Positions 22,901 to 33,988 of a stretch of 64,000 bases of DNA are shown here, in pieces. The position numbers and the translations under genes were made by a program. Positions within the stretch are counted from its first letter, which is position 1; each line of letters begins with the position of its first letter. The DNA lies in the NCBI GenBank assembly GCA_016748015.1, contig JAAOMT010000245.1:1-64000 (forward strand), given 5' to 3'. The notes under the pieces are model-generated. The model saw only the letters and a program-made list of their open reading frames with translations, was not told the origin of the DNA and made no database searches. This stretch comes from Geosiphon pyriformis uo1. Its lineage: Eukaryota; Fungi; Glomeromycota.

Positions 22901-25602
22901 GCCTTGTAGTAATAACAAGTATAATTCTCATATTCTTCTTCAGGTGAAATGCAGGCTCCCATTGACGATAGTTTCTTGTGGCAGTCTTTACATTTAAGAG
23001 GAATATAGGGGTGTTGTTTCCTTGGTTCGGGTTTTGAGTAAGGTATATTCCATCCAGAGGTTTTGGGTTTAGTGTGTGTGGTAAAATGTTCTTGTTCTGT
23101 TTCATCGGCCCAGTTGGACATTGATCCAAGAGCCATGAATGTTTCAATTATTGGTTTCTTTTCTTCTGGTTCAAATTCAAAAGCCGGGGCTTTTTCAGAG
23201 CGTTTGTTGAATGTACCACACATGGCAGGTACCCGGACATGTTGTCCTTGGTAAAAGATTGTTAACTCTTGTGTTTCCCAATTCAGATTAGCATTGGCTT
23301 TTTGAAGCCAATTATTTCCGACAAGAGCTTGGTACTGGGATGCGTTCATTACAAGAACTTTGACTGGAATGGTAATTCCATCAAGAGTAAACGGAAAATT
23401 GTCAATTTCTTCTACTGGTGTCTTTTTCATGCCATCAGCAGTGACAATTACTGTTTGAGCTGGTTGGTCGACATTTTTTTTCAACTGTTGCATTAACTGG
23501 TAGGTGATAATACTTCCGGCAGATCCACTGTCTAGGATCAAGCAAATTGGCTTTCCTTCTACTTCAGCTTCTGTGTACATTGCAGTGATGGCTTTTTGCT
23601 CATTAGCTGCTGTATTGCTAAGCAAGAATGGTGATTCATTTGCTTCAAATTTGAAAGGAAAGATATCAGAGAGATTGGCATTTTCAGCAATTCGGGCTGG
23701 TGGAATAGTGATGTGATTATGAGAAGAGTTTTGTTGTTGTGCTGCAGCTCTACCTTCCAGGAGTACAATATGATAAAAATCCTGTTCTTCTGGCATTGTT
23801 AAATAACTGGATTGGGTGTGGTAGTGGTTGGGTCTTGGTTGAGTGAAATTTCAGGAAACCAATTGGTTGTTTGGACTGATTCTATTGTTGTTTACTTGGT
23901 ATTGGTTTTGTAGTGGGAATTGATTTTGTGTAATCAGTCTTCAAGCAGGTACTTGATAATGTTGTGTGGGTGGTTGTTAGTATTGCTGTTGGATTGGTTG
24001 TGGAGCGGACTGATAATAGTTATTTTGGTACTGGGATTTTGGTGGATAGTAAGCTGGTGGTGATGGTTGATAATAAGATTGTGGTGGAGAGTAACATTGA
24101 TTACCCCTGTTTTGTTGGTCTCGCTGTAGCTTTCTGCAATCTCTTTTCCAGTGGCCAGAGATTCCACAGTAATGGCAATTCTGGGGCTGGTTATTGGAAA
24201 GTGGTATAAAGTTATTTTGATTTCGTCTTTGGGGTGGTTGATATCTTTGGGGTTGTTGTTGTTGTTGATTGGTAAAATAGTTTTCGACCTTCTTTGTGAG
24301 TTGGTCAATTTTTTCCTCAGCTGCTGAGCTGGTTTCTCCAATTGCCAAATTTACAAGTTTTGTATGGTTGGCCTCTTCCATGGCCATTTCATATCTTTTC
24401 GCATGCTGTATGGCAGAGTTTAAATCTTCTGGCACATGTGGACAAATCTTTTTAATTAGTTTATCTTTTAGACCAGCGATAAATTGATCCAAGATTTGAG
24501 CATTGGAATAATAATCATTTGTCTCGAGTTGGCAAATCCATCTGAGAAGTTTGTTGAATTTCCCAATATAAGTCATAATGGATTCAGAGGGTTCTTGTTT
24601 GGTATTTTGAAAACAATTGCGAAGAGTGATGGAGGTATTATTGTCGGTGAACTGTTTAAGGAAGGCTGCTTTGAAAGTGTTCCAATCATTGAATAAGGCG
24701 GCCAGGTTTTCAAACCATTCTCCTGCTGTTCCTTTAAGAAAGTATGGAATTGTTCTTAACATTCTGGTGGCATTCCACCCATTTGCATCTTCGGCTTTAG
24801 TAACTTGGTCGAGCCATTCTTGAGGACTGGTCTCGATGTCTTCTCCATTAAAGTCAGGGATTTTTGCGATGTATGTTGTCATTTCGTCTTCTTCATTTTC
24901 ACTGTCTATTGATTCTTCTTCAGTTATTTCAGAGTTGTTTTCTTTGTTTGCTGCTGTCTCAGAGTGTTCACTTTGATTTTCAGCTAAAAAATCAAGAAGA
25001 TTGGAACTAGTTTGAAGGGGTTCTTGTTGTCTGGTGGAACTTTTGAGTGATATAAAATCTTCTGGTCTTGCAAATCGATTCAAGGGTAAATTAGGTGTTT
25101 GTGCTTGTGCAAATGAAGCTGGAAAAGGTGTGATAGTAAGTGGAAGTTTTGAGCTGGTTCCTTGTTCAGGTGTTTGTAAATGTTTGAATGATATTTTGGG
25201 AGTATTGGGTGTTGTGTGAACAGGTCAGTTATCTTTTTGTCTTTTGTTGCTACTGGTTTCAGGTTCAGATTCGAGTTCAAAGGCAAATTGTGTATTTGCA
25301 GGATATTTTTCTTCACAGAACCGAATGATATTATAATCGAGTTCCTTAAAATAAGTAGCGCAAGCTTCAGCACTAATGTTTTCTGATTCAGTATTGGAAT
25401 AGTGTATGTTCTTAAGAAGATCTCTTTTAACTGTTGTAATGTTGTAGTTCCCAAAGAGGTAGTCGTTAATTCAATTTTCGATGTATTGAAAAAGTGTTTT
25501 CTTGAAAGCTATGATTCCATCGCGTATTTCAAATCGTTGTTTGCAGTGTGTATAAATCGATTGATAGTACTCTAAAGTTGTAATGTCTGAGGCAGTCGCC
25601 AC
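19999..25602 (-). pseudogene. Gypsy A2 gag-protease-Cys-rich-dUTPase-RT-RNaseH polyprotein with premature stops
   Basis: ORF fragments starting at 25083, 23796, 22650, 22455, 21195 and 20718 share one frame; LILDSGS, RGTQGFGST, RFCVDYR, YLDD. Confidence 0.92.
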
Positions 25603-25644
25603 TTTAAATTTGTTGCTGTGTTATTTCCATGGGAGAGCACCAAA

Positions 25645-26625
25645 TGTTACTGGAGGTTTTTGGTCTCTTTTCTGTAATGTTGTTGATACTTATTTGCTGT
25701 GAATTCATGTTTTCTGGATGTGGTTGAACCTCTAGTAACTGAATTTATCTTCAAATTATTTCCTATAATTTGAACTTGTTGGGCTTATGAGTAGAATGGC
25801 CAATTCCGTGCCAGTTGCTTTATGTAGTTACGTTGTAGTAAATGTCAACTCTTTCCCAGGAATTGCTTGTCTGGAAGCTCACTAAAAATGTGTAGTTACT
25901 TTGCTGTGAAAGTTAACTCTTCTACAGGAATCTCATCTGTAGGTTACCCTAATGATTATAATAAGAAAATAAAAGAAAATAAAAGAAATATAAAAGAAAT
26001 CGAATTTTGTCAAGAGAAATGTTTTTGATCCAGGCCTGGAGTCACTAACAGTTTTACTGAAATTGGTAGCTAATCAATTTCAAAACGTTAGTTGGGTTTT
26101 GGGAATTTTCCAAAGGCAATAATTAAAGAATTTGGTTTTTCAATTATTTGATATTTATTTGTTTTTGTGTGTATAAGAACGGTTTTTAAGAGATAAATCT
26201 AAAGTAAAATACATTTTCTCGAAAAGAGAAGCTCTTCTTTTATACAACTTGTCGTAATACTATTCTATGAACTTGAATTTTGCTATTTTCTACAATTTCG
26301 CTGAACTAAAGGTGCATTTTGGCGAACTACAAGTTATTTCTGCGAACTATTAGATATTTCGGTGAACTATCACTTATTTCGGCAAATTTCTATAAATTTC
26401 AGCGAACTTTTGAATGTTACATAGTTCGGGGTATTGCATGATAGATCATCGCAATTAGGTTACATTTGTGTTGTGTACAATTTGGGTTATTAATTAAATG
26501 ATAATTTCGGACATTCTTTGCTAATGTAATAAGTGATAATTTGAAATGATAATATGTGTTAATTAATGATAGGAATTATAAGATAGTTTCATGCTAAATG
26601 ATATCTCTAATTTCGTCTGGTAACA
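25645..26625 (-). repeat. LTR3 (5' LTR of A2), 981 bp
   Basis: TGTTAC...GTAACA; shares diagnostic variants with LTR2. Confidence 0.95.
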
Positions 26626-26944
26626 ATGTCACAGATAGCCTAGTAAAAGACCCAGAAATAAGGGTAGAATTTTATATATTATCGGATAGCTTACTAGAAG
26701 GGCACAACTACCAGAATAAATCTGGTCTCCACACTGAGAAAGAAATTGAATGGAATTGTGATTCCGAAGACTATTACAATTACAATTGAATCTCTGTTTA
26801 TTATACAAAGAACTCAATCCCAAAATCTTTAGATATCAAAATCTTTAAATTACCAATACCAACATTAACAGAAACCAATAGCTTTTGAGCACCAAGTTAT
26901 GGATTTGTTATTTATTTCCACACCAGAAATAATCACCTGTAATA
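26626..26944 (+). mobile_element. 3' part of a family-B-like Gypsy LTR, interrupted by LTR3
   Basis: Matches the reverse complement of ~59803-60100 (CCCAGAAATAAGGGTAGAATT; AGCACCAAGTTAT...AAATAATCAC); ends TGTAATA (decayed ...AACA) directly before LINE sequence. Confidence 0.8.
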
Positions 26945-29900
26945 TCAGCTTATCTTCATCAAGTTGCTTTTTAGAAATAAGCTTTCTGTTTCAATTCTGG
27001 AACTTTATGCTGGAGCTTCTCTTGCAGTCTGACTTTTTCAAGCTGATAAAATCAATTTACTTATAGCTAATGCTGTAAATGAGTCTTCTTTTGTTATTCT
27101 TAGTAGTAATTTCAATGAAAATGGTTCTCATAAGTGTGCCAGTTATAAAAAATGCATTGGTTTGGGGTTGGTCAATTCTTTGGTTGGGAGTTTGGTGGTG
27201 TGTACATCTATTTGAACAAATTCTCAGGACATTGCAAAGACAATTGATTACATGTTTGTTTCTTCAAATTTGGTCAGTGCATTGGTGCATTGTAATATTT
27301 TGGATGTTAGTAGACATTTCAACACTGATTACTATGCAGTTTTTGTGTTAGTGAGTTTGGATGGATTACTGGATACAAAGTTGAATTTTCTTTGTAAACA
27401 AACTAATAGGAATTGTTAGAAGTTTGATATCAAGAGTGCTGATAAAGTTAAGTAGTGTGAATTTAAAGTGTCAATAGTAGCAAATGCTGCATTGTTTTCT
27501 AATGAGTTTGCTTCTTTTGTAATATTTTTTGATATGGATTCTATGTGGAATGTTGTTCATAAAGTAATGGTTTTTTTGGCTAATAAAACATTTAAGAAGA
27601 AATAATTTAAAGGCTTTAACAGTATTTTTACTAAGTGTTCTTCAAGGTTTCATAAATTAGAATTGCTGGTTTTAAAAATTGTTAAGGCTTCTCTTGAAAA
27701 GAACTCTAGTGGACTCATATCTTTGATAGACCATTGGATTTCTTTGGATCCTGATAAAGCTCTGGCTGTACAGATTTTTTTAGACTCTGGTGCGAATTTT
27801 GATTGTGTTAGATCTGCTTTTTTTGGTATACAAAAGTTTTATCGTGCTTCCAAACTTGCTGAATCTCTAAGAGTTCAAGAGTCAAATATTAGGTCTGTTA
27901 TTGATAGACATATGGAGAGTTTTGCTTCTAATAAAGGTCATACAATTAAGAGTATTCTGAAATGTTCATTTCATAAGATGGAATTAGACCATCTGGTTGT
28001 AGGTGATAAATTGATTCTGGAATCTGATTTGGTTAAGACTAAGATGGATATGATTATGGAAGGGTGGACTAAGAGACATGGAGTGGTTTCTGACATCTCT
28101 AGCAAATGGTCTTGTCAATACCAGCCTTTGGAGTATGTTTTTGATGATACATTCTCAAATGTGATGAGTTGTTTAGTGTAATTTTTGATCTGCCTAATGA
28201 CAAAGCTGCTGGTCTTTCTGGTATTTCTAACAAATTCTGAAAACACTGTGACAAATTTGTTTTGGACATGCTTTTGAGGCTTTTGAATATTTGTGTGGCT
28301 TGCAAATTGGTGCCCAGTTCTTGGAGAGAGACTTGGATCTTGATGATTCCTAAACTATATAAATGAAAAGGAGTACTCACAAATACCCATCCTATTGCCC
28401 TGATTGAGATGACCAGAAAGATTTTCTCCAAGATTCTGTCTGATAGAATTTCTCTGGCATGTAGCACCTTTAATGTTCTTCATGGTGACAATTTTTCAGT
28501 TCTGAAAGATATAACTACACAATTACCCATTTTTGCAGTTGGTTCGGTAATAGAGGATGCTTTGGAAAAAAACTGTGAACTATGGCTGGTTTTGCAAAAC
28601 ATGTGAAAAGCATACAATTCTGTTAGTTGGGAACATCTAAAAAATAGTTTGATTAGAATCAAAATGTGTGACAAGTTCATACATTTTTTTGGTAGTATTC
28701 ATTGCAATTGTGTTAACAGAGTTATGACTGATTTTGGCTTAACTGATGGTTATTATGTTCATAATGGTCTGGATCAGGGAGAAGTCTTTTTGCCACTTCT
28801 TTGGCACATATTCTATGATCCCCTTCTTTGTGAAGTCAAAAGACAAAAGAGTGTATGTGAGTACAGATTGAACTCCAATTTTATTTTAAAAAATGGTCAT
28901 CCAAAATCAAGTGCTGGGTTGTTTTCTTTCTTTGCTGCTGGGACTTTTGTTGATGATATAATTTGAATTGACAGTAGTTAGAATACTACTTAGCATATTC
29001 TCAATATTGCCAGTGAATTTTTCCAGATCAATAATATATATATTAATATTAACAAGATGGTAGCCATCCCTATTAATTGCAGAGTTGTTGATCCTTCTTT
29101 GTCTATTAGTGGCTTACCTATTGCTATTCCCAAGAAAGGAGAATCACATCATTATTTGGGTATTTTTCTGTCAACTAATGGTCTCTTAAAGCCTAGTCTG
29201 GCCAAAGTCCAATCTGATATTCAGTTTTTTTCTAACCTTGTGCTGAGAAAGACCATCTCGAATAAGCAATTTTTGTACCTGGTTTTGGCAGTTCTCCTTT
29301 TTATTGTTAGCTACAGAACTCAGTTCAGTTTTGTTCCTATTAGCATGTGTAACAAATGGGATGCTCTGATTCGAAAAGACCTAAAGTTGAAATCTGGTCT
29401 TCTTCTTGACTTTTCAAGTGATATAATCTATTACTCTTTCTTTTATGGTTTAAAAACTTTTGAGCAGATATAGTCTGAGAGTAAAATAGCTTTGCTGGTA
29501 AATTTTGCAAATTCTGATAAGATTTTAGGTTATTTGTTCCTCCATAGGTCTCATGACTTACAGGTTTCATGTTGGCATCCCATTCACCCCTTAAGCTTCT
29601 TGGCTTGTATTTGCATCAGTTCTTTCAATAATTTTTTAGCAGATATGGTTCATATTTTGTCAAAATACAATTTGTCTCTAAGTGGCTTTTTAAGTGATCC
29701 TTTTTGCCATTAAGATGGAGTTCTCATGTTAGTGGCTCTTGGTGAATCTGTGTTCTGTGCATGTCTCTTTTCTTTTCACCAATATGGCATTGCCTTTGTG
29801 GATCAGCTTTGTGATTATCATGGTGAAATTTTTGACTGGAAAACTTTTAAATGCTGGAAGAAGTTGGATCTTCATGGTCCAGTTCCCAATTGGTTCAGTC

Positions 29901-31469
29901 TTTCTGTCGCTTTCCTCAACAATGTGACTTTTCTTTCTGTTTGTTCTTCTTTTTTTGAAGGTGTTGGAGGTTCTTTGAGCATTTTTAAGTCTCATAAGTT
30001 TGATTTAGTATGTAATTGGTTGTTTTGTATTAGTGCTAATAGTCTGTCTGTCTATACAGATAGTTCACTGAAGGATTTGGGCACTATAAGCAGGAAGGCT
30101 GGTGCTGCTGTTTTTTTTGAAGACATTGGTCTGGATCTGGAAGTAAAAGTTTCTGGTTTGTTGTTCTTTACGTTGACAGAGCTGTAGACTATAGCTTTAA
30201 CATTAAAGTGTGTTTCTCTTTCTAGCTTAGTGTGCTTATATTCTGATAGTCAGACTGCTCTGGATGCATGCAAGTCGGAATTGCACCAGGTTTGTTCAGA
30301 CTTTCATAATTGGTACTGGGTGGAGCATCAGCATGTAGTGGACATTATTCATAGCAGGAATTTGAGAGTGGAGTGGCTTAAGGTAAAAAATCACTCAGGT
30401 ACCATGGAGAATGATCGTGCTGATGTTCTTACTGCTAATGCTTCTCTCTCTGATTGGTTCCTTTCTTTTCATTTAAAAGAACATTGCCTTGTTGCTGAAG
30501 ATGATTTCATTTTTGGTAATTCTAGACATTTCATTCATGATATTTTTAGATCTGTTCATTGGGTGCATTGGGAAGTTGGTTCTGGTTCTAAATTTTTAAT
30601 AAAAGATTTACTATTAGATGTTGATTGACTAAGCTTCTCTTTGGTATAGCATCTTGATTTGTACATAACTACGGGTTTCACAAGCAAACTTTTTGCCAGC
30701 TTGCATACATATTTTATAAAGACCTTACACTATCAGCTTCTTGTTGCTGTTTGAAAGCGCCTCTATTCCAGATACTACCCTAGTGTATTGTACTTATTTT
30801 GCAGTAATGTAAAAGTTTCAAATCACGTTTTTTCTTGTAAAATTGACATTTCCACCCATTATCAATTGTTAAATACCCATGCAGCTTCTTGGGAGCTGAT
30901 TTCTGGTCTTTCTTAATTTTTTTTTTGTGTGTCTCAGCTTTTGTCAACCTGTGCTTTGGATGTTTCTGTTTTTACAGCTCTTTGTAAAAGTTTTATTTTT
31001 AAGAATTGGTTCCAAGAGGCTGTGTCCATCTTTTATGATCTCAAAGTTGTGAGTCAGAAGATTATAAGTTTTGTGTGTACTCTTAGTGTCAACTTCAGAG
31101 ACAGTATATGGTTAGTTTATGCTAAACATCGTGTCTTTATGGAGAAGAATGGACTAATACCACTTGATGATTCAATTCCTATTTTGATTTCTGGGTTGTT
31201 GTTGAGGCTATTGGCTGGTGTCATTGGGTTGTTTGGCATTAATGAAGCCTTTGGTGTTCACTTTGGTTTTTATAGATCTTGTTTATTTTTTTCAGGTGTT
31301 GGTAATATTGTTTCAGTCCATATAGTTGCATAGTATTGTTCTGATCAGTCTAAATGACTGGTTACATATAGAAAGAGCATGATTCACACCTAGTTTGGAT
31401 TATTTAACTGATGTATTATATTAGATGGCATTTGAATCTCACTCATTAAGCATTAATAATAATAATAAA
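26945..31469 (+). mobile_element. LINE copy b: decayed ORF2 from mid-endonuclease through RT, RNase H and Cys finger; 3' UTR; (TAA)n tail
   Basis: LDQGEVFLPLLW, TFVDD, YTDSS...GTMENDRAD; ends SVHIVA* at 31333; tail taataataataat at ~31454-31468. Confidence 0.92.
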
Positions 31470-32930
31470 AAATTTTGAATTTGAAAAAAGCCATTTAGTT
31501 TTAACTTTAAAAATAAATATATTATTAAATCTATATTTAGTTAATATATAACTAACTTTTTTACATACAAAGCAAAAAAATAAATCTTAATAAATTTATT
31601 TTAAAAATAGAATTTCTAAAAATTAAAATAATATTTAGAGTTATTATTATATTATTTTTGGACTTAAAACAAATAATTATATATTTTATATATATCTATA
31701 ATTGAATAATAATTTATTATATATGTTTTTTTACTAAATTTTAAAAGATCTTACAAATTATATATGATTATACTTATTAAGAAAATATAAAACAAAATTC
31801 AATTTATATTAGTTCTAATAACTTAAACTGTATTTTTTTAATAAGAATTAATTAATTAAATACTTAAAAGTCTGTTTAATTTTAATTATCTAACTTAATC
31901 AATGCTTTTTATTATAGTTATATTAATTATATATTAATTGATTTAATTATATTATATTTAAAAAATACAATATATAATTTTTACAAATATTTCTATAAAA
32001 TTTTTTTTTAAAATTATAATCTGATTTGTATAATTATTTCTTAGCTTTTTAAAATTAATATTTATTATAATATTATTAGTTTTAATTAAATTTAATGTTT
32101 TTAATACAGATTTTTTTAATATAAATATAATATAAATAATTTTATTAAATATTAAAGAAATAAAAACTCTTTTAAAACTACATATTTTTAAAAACAATTT
32201 TTTAACTAATTTTAATTTATCTTAAAATAAATTTCAATTATTATTAAAATATTAATATTAAAAATAAATAACTTTTTAATTAAAATATTTATATTTTAAT
32301 TATTATTAAGTAAATATGTATTACTATTCTTATTGTTTAATTTAGCTTTTATATTAAAAACATATTAATACTGCTAAAAAGTCTAATTAAAAATACATTT
32401 CTTTTATTATCAAATTATTTAATATTTTTAACAAAAACTTTGTATTTTTAAGAGAAAATTTTTTTGTTAGTCTTTTTTTAAACATATTATTTCTTAAAAC
32501 AATTGGTAGATTTACTATAAAAAAAATTTTTTCTTTAAAAATTGTGAATAAAATAGCAAAGAATATATTATATATTATAATTAATATTAATAATACAAAA
32601 TAATAAAAAATTAACAATATCAAAAAAATTACAATATATTTTTTAAAAAAATATGCTTTAAAAAATGTTAAAAAAAATTGTTTTTTGGTTATTTTGGTAA
32701 TTTAATTATTAAAAATCTTAAAATAAAAATACTTTTAAAAAAAAACATTTTTACAATTTTTGTTTAACTATTTTTATAATTAAAAAACTTTTTAAGTTTT
32801 ATTTTTAAAAATAATAAAAAATAATAACTGTTATTAAAATTATTTTCTACATTTGAATAGGTTTAAAAATTTTAAAAAAATTTGAATAAATTTAATTATA
32901 ATATAATGATAATAATAAATAAAATAAATG
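31470..32930. other. Extremely AT-rich spacer; similar tracts at ~1-1200, 5150-6460, 39100-40064, 46841-47600, 51180-52323
   Basis: Almost no G or C; ORFs here are I/L/K/N/F low-complexity artefacts. Confidence 0.8.
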
Positions 32931-33988
32931 GAAATGAAATTCAATATTTTAATATCATAAGCTTAATTGTCTTACAGTCTTCATTGTCTCGTTTTATAGT
33001 CTATAGCCTGTAAATCGTTATTTTGTGACAAAAACGAGGATTCATGACCTGTTACCACTTTAAATATCAGTCACACTCTGATAATCAATCACTAGTAGTT
33101 TTGCTCCTTTTATTATAATATTCGATTGTGTCCCTCTAATCCAGGGATGAATTATATAACATTTTATTGTACAAGGAACAAATTTGTTCATCATTGTCGG
33201 ATTCGAAAATAGTGCTCATCGTGGTTTGCATTTCTTGCTTGAGACGCGTGTATGTTCAGTTCCTCCATACTTGTACTCTCTGAAAACACAAGAATATTAA
33301 GATTAGAATACTCCATTCTTTTAGCAATATACTTACAGAAACCAAGCGTTAGATGTTTACCATGGTTTTTCCTCTTTCTTAAGCTTTGCTTATGTATTTA
33401 CATCCAGACTTCTGTAAGAGAATACATGAACTTGAGAATACAAAATCCACTCGAAACTACAATTAAGGAATCCTAAAAGCGTTAACCTGCCCTTTTCGTC
33501 AAAAGTTAATTTATCATTTTCATAACAGATATAAATAAGAGATTTTTTGATTGACCGATTCGACGTTTTGAACACAAGATAATAATTCAATGAACCACAA
33601 GCTTTCTTCATAATAGACAAAAAGTCACAAGGAGAATACTGCTATAATTAGTACTCGCTGCCATATTTAGAGTATATTTTAACCCAACCGGGATATCTTG
33701 AAATAGAAAATATAAATTTTCATTGCAGGCTGTACATACTCTATGGTGAGACAAGGTGGCTAAGCGAACTTCTACTTGTAATAACCCATTTTCCTATTCA
33801 CACTTTTCTTAAAACCATAATATCTACCTGCGATCGTTTTACCGCCTTTGCGTTAAATGGTACCGTTCGTCAAACCATCGCTCAAAACTTAAAAAAAAAA
33901 CTTCTAACTGACCCCAGACAACGGCCCTCGCCTTGACCGAAATAGTTCAAACCAACCTCAGTATTTATAGTTTTCAGGTTTTCAAAAA

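Larger units (their letters stand above)
7887..26625 (-). mobile_element. Tandem Ty3/Gypsy family A array: LTR1-internal A1-LTR2-internal A2-LTR3
   Basis: Three ~983-bp direct repeats bounded by TGTTAC...GTAACA; two near-identical internal regions with gag-PR-dUTPase-RT-RNaseH, then integrase; PBS and PPT in the expected places. Confidence 0.95.

Noticed and set aside
13061-24823. Antisense ORFs repeated in both Gypsy copies
   Set aside because: Explained by duplication and strand compositional bias; no independent coding evidence.
31958-32623. Hydrophobic ORFs in the AT desert resembling membrane or mitochondrial proteins
   Set aside because: Composition artefacts of near-pure AT sequence; no conserved motifs.
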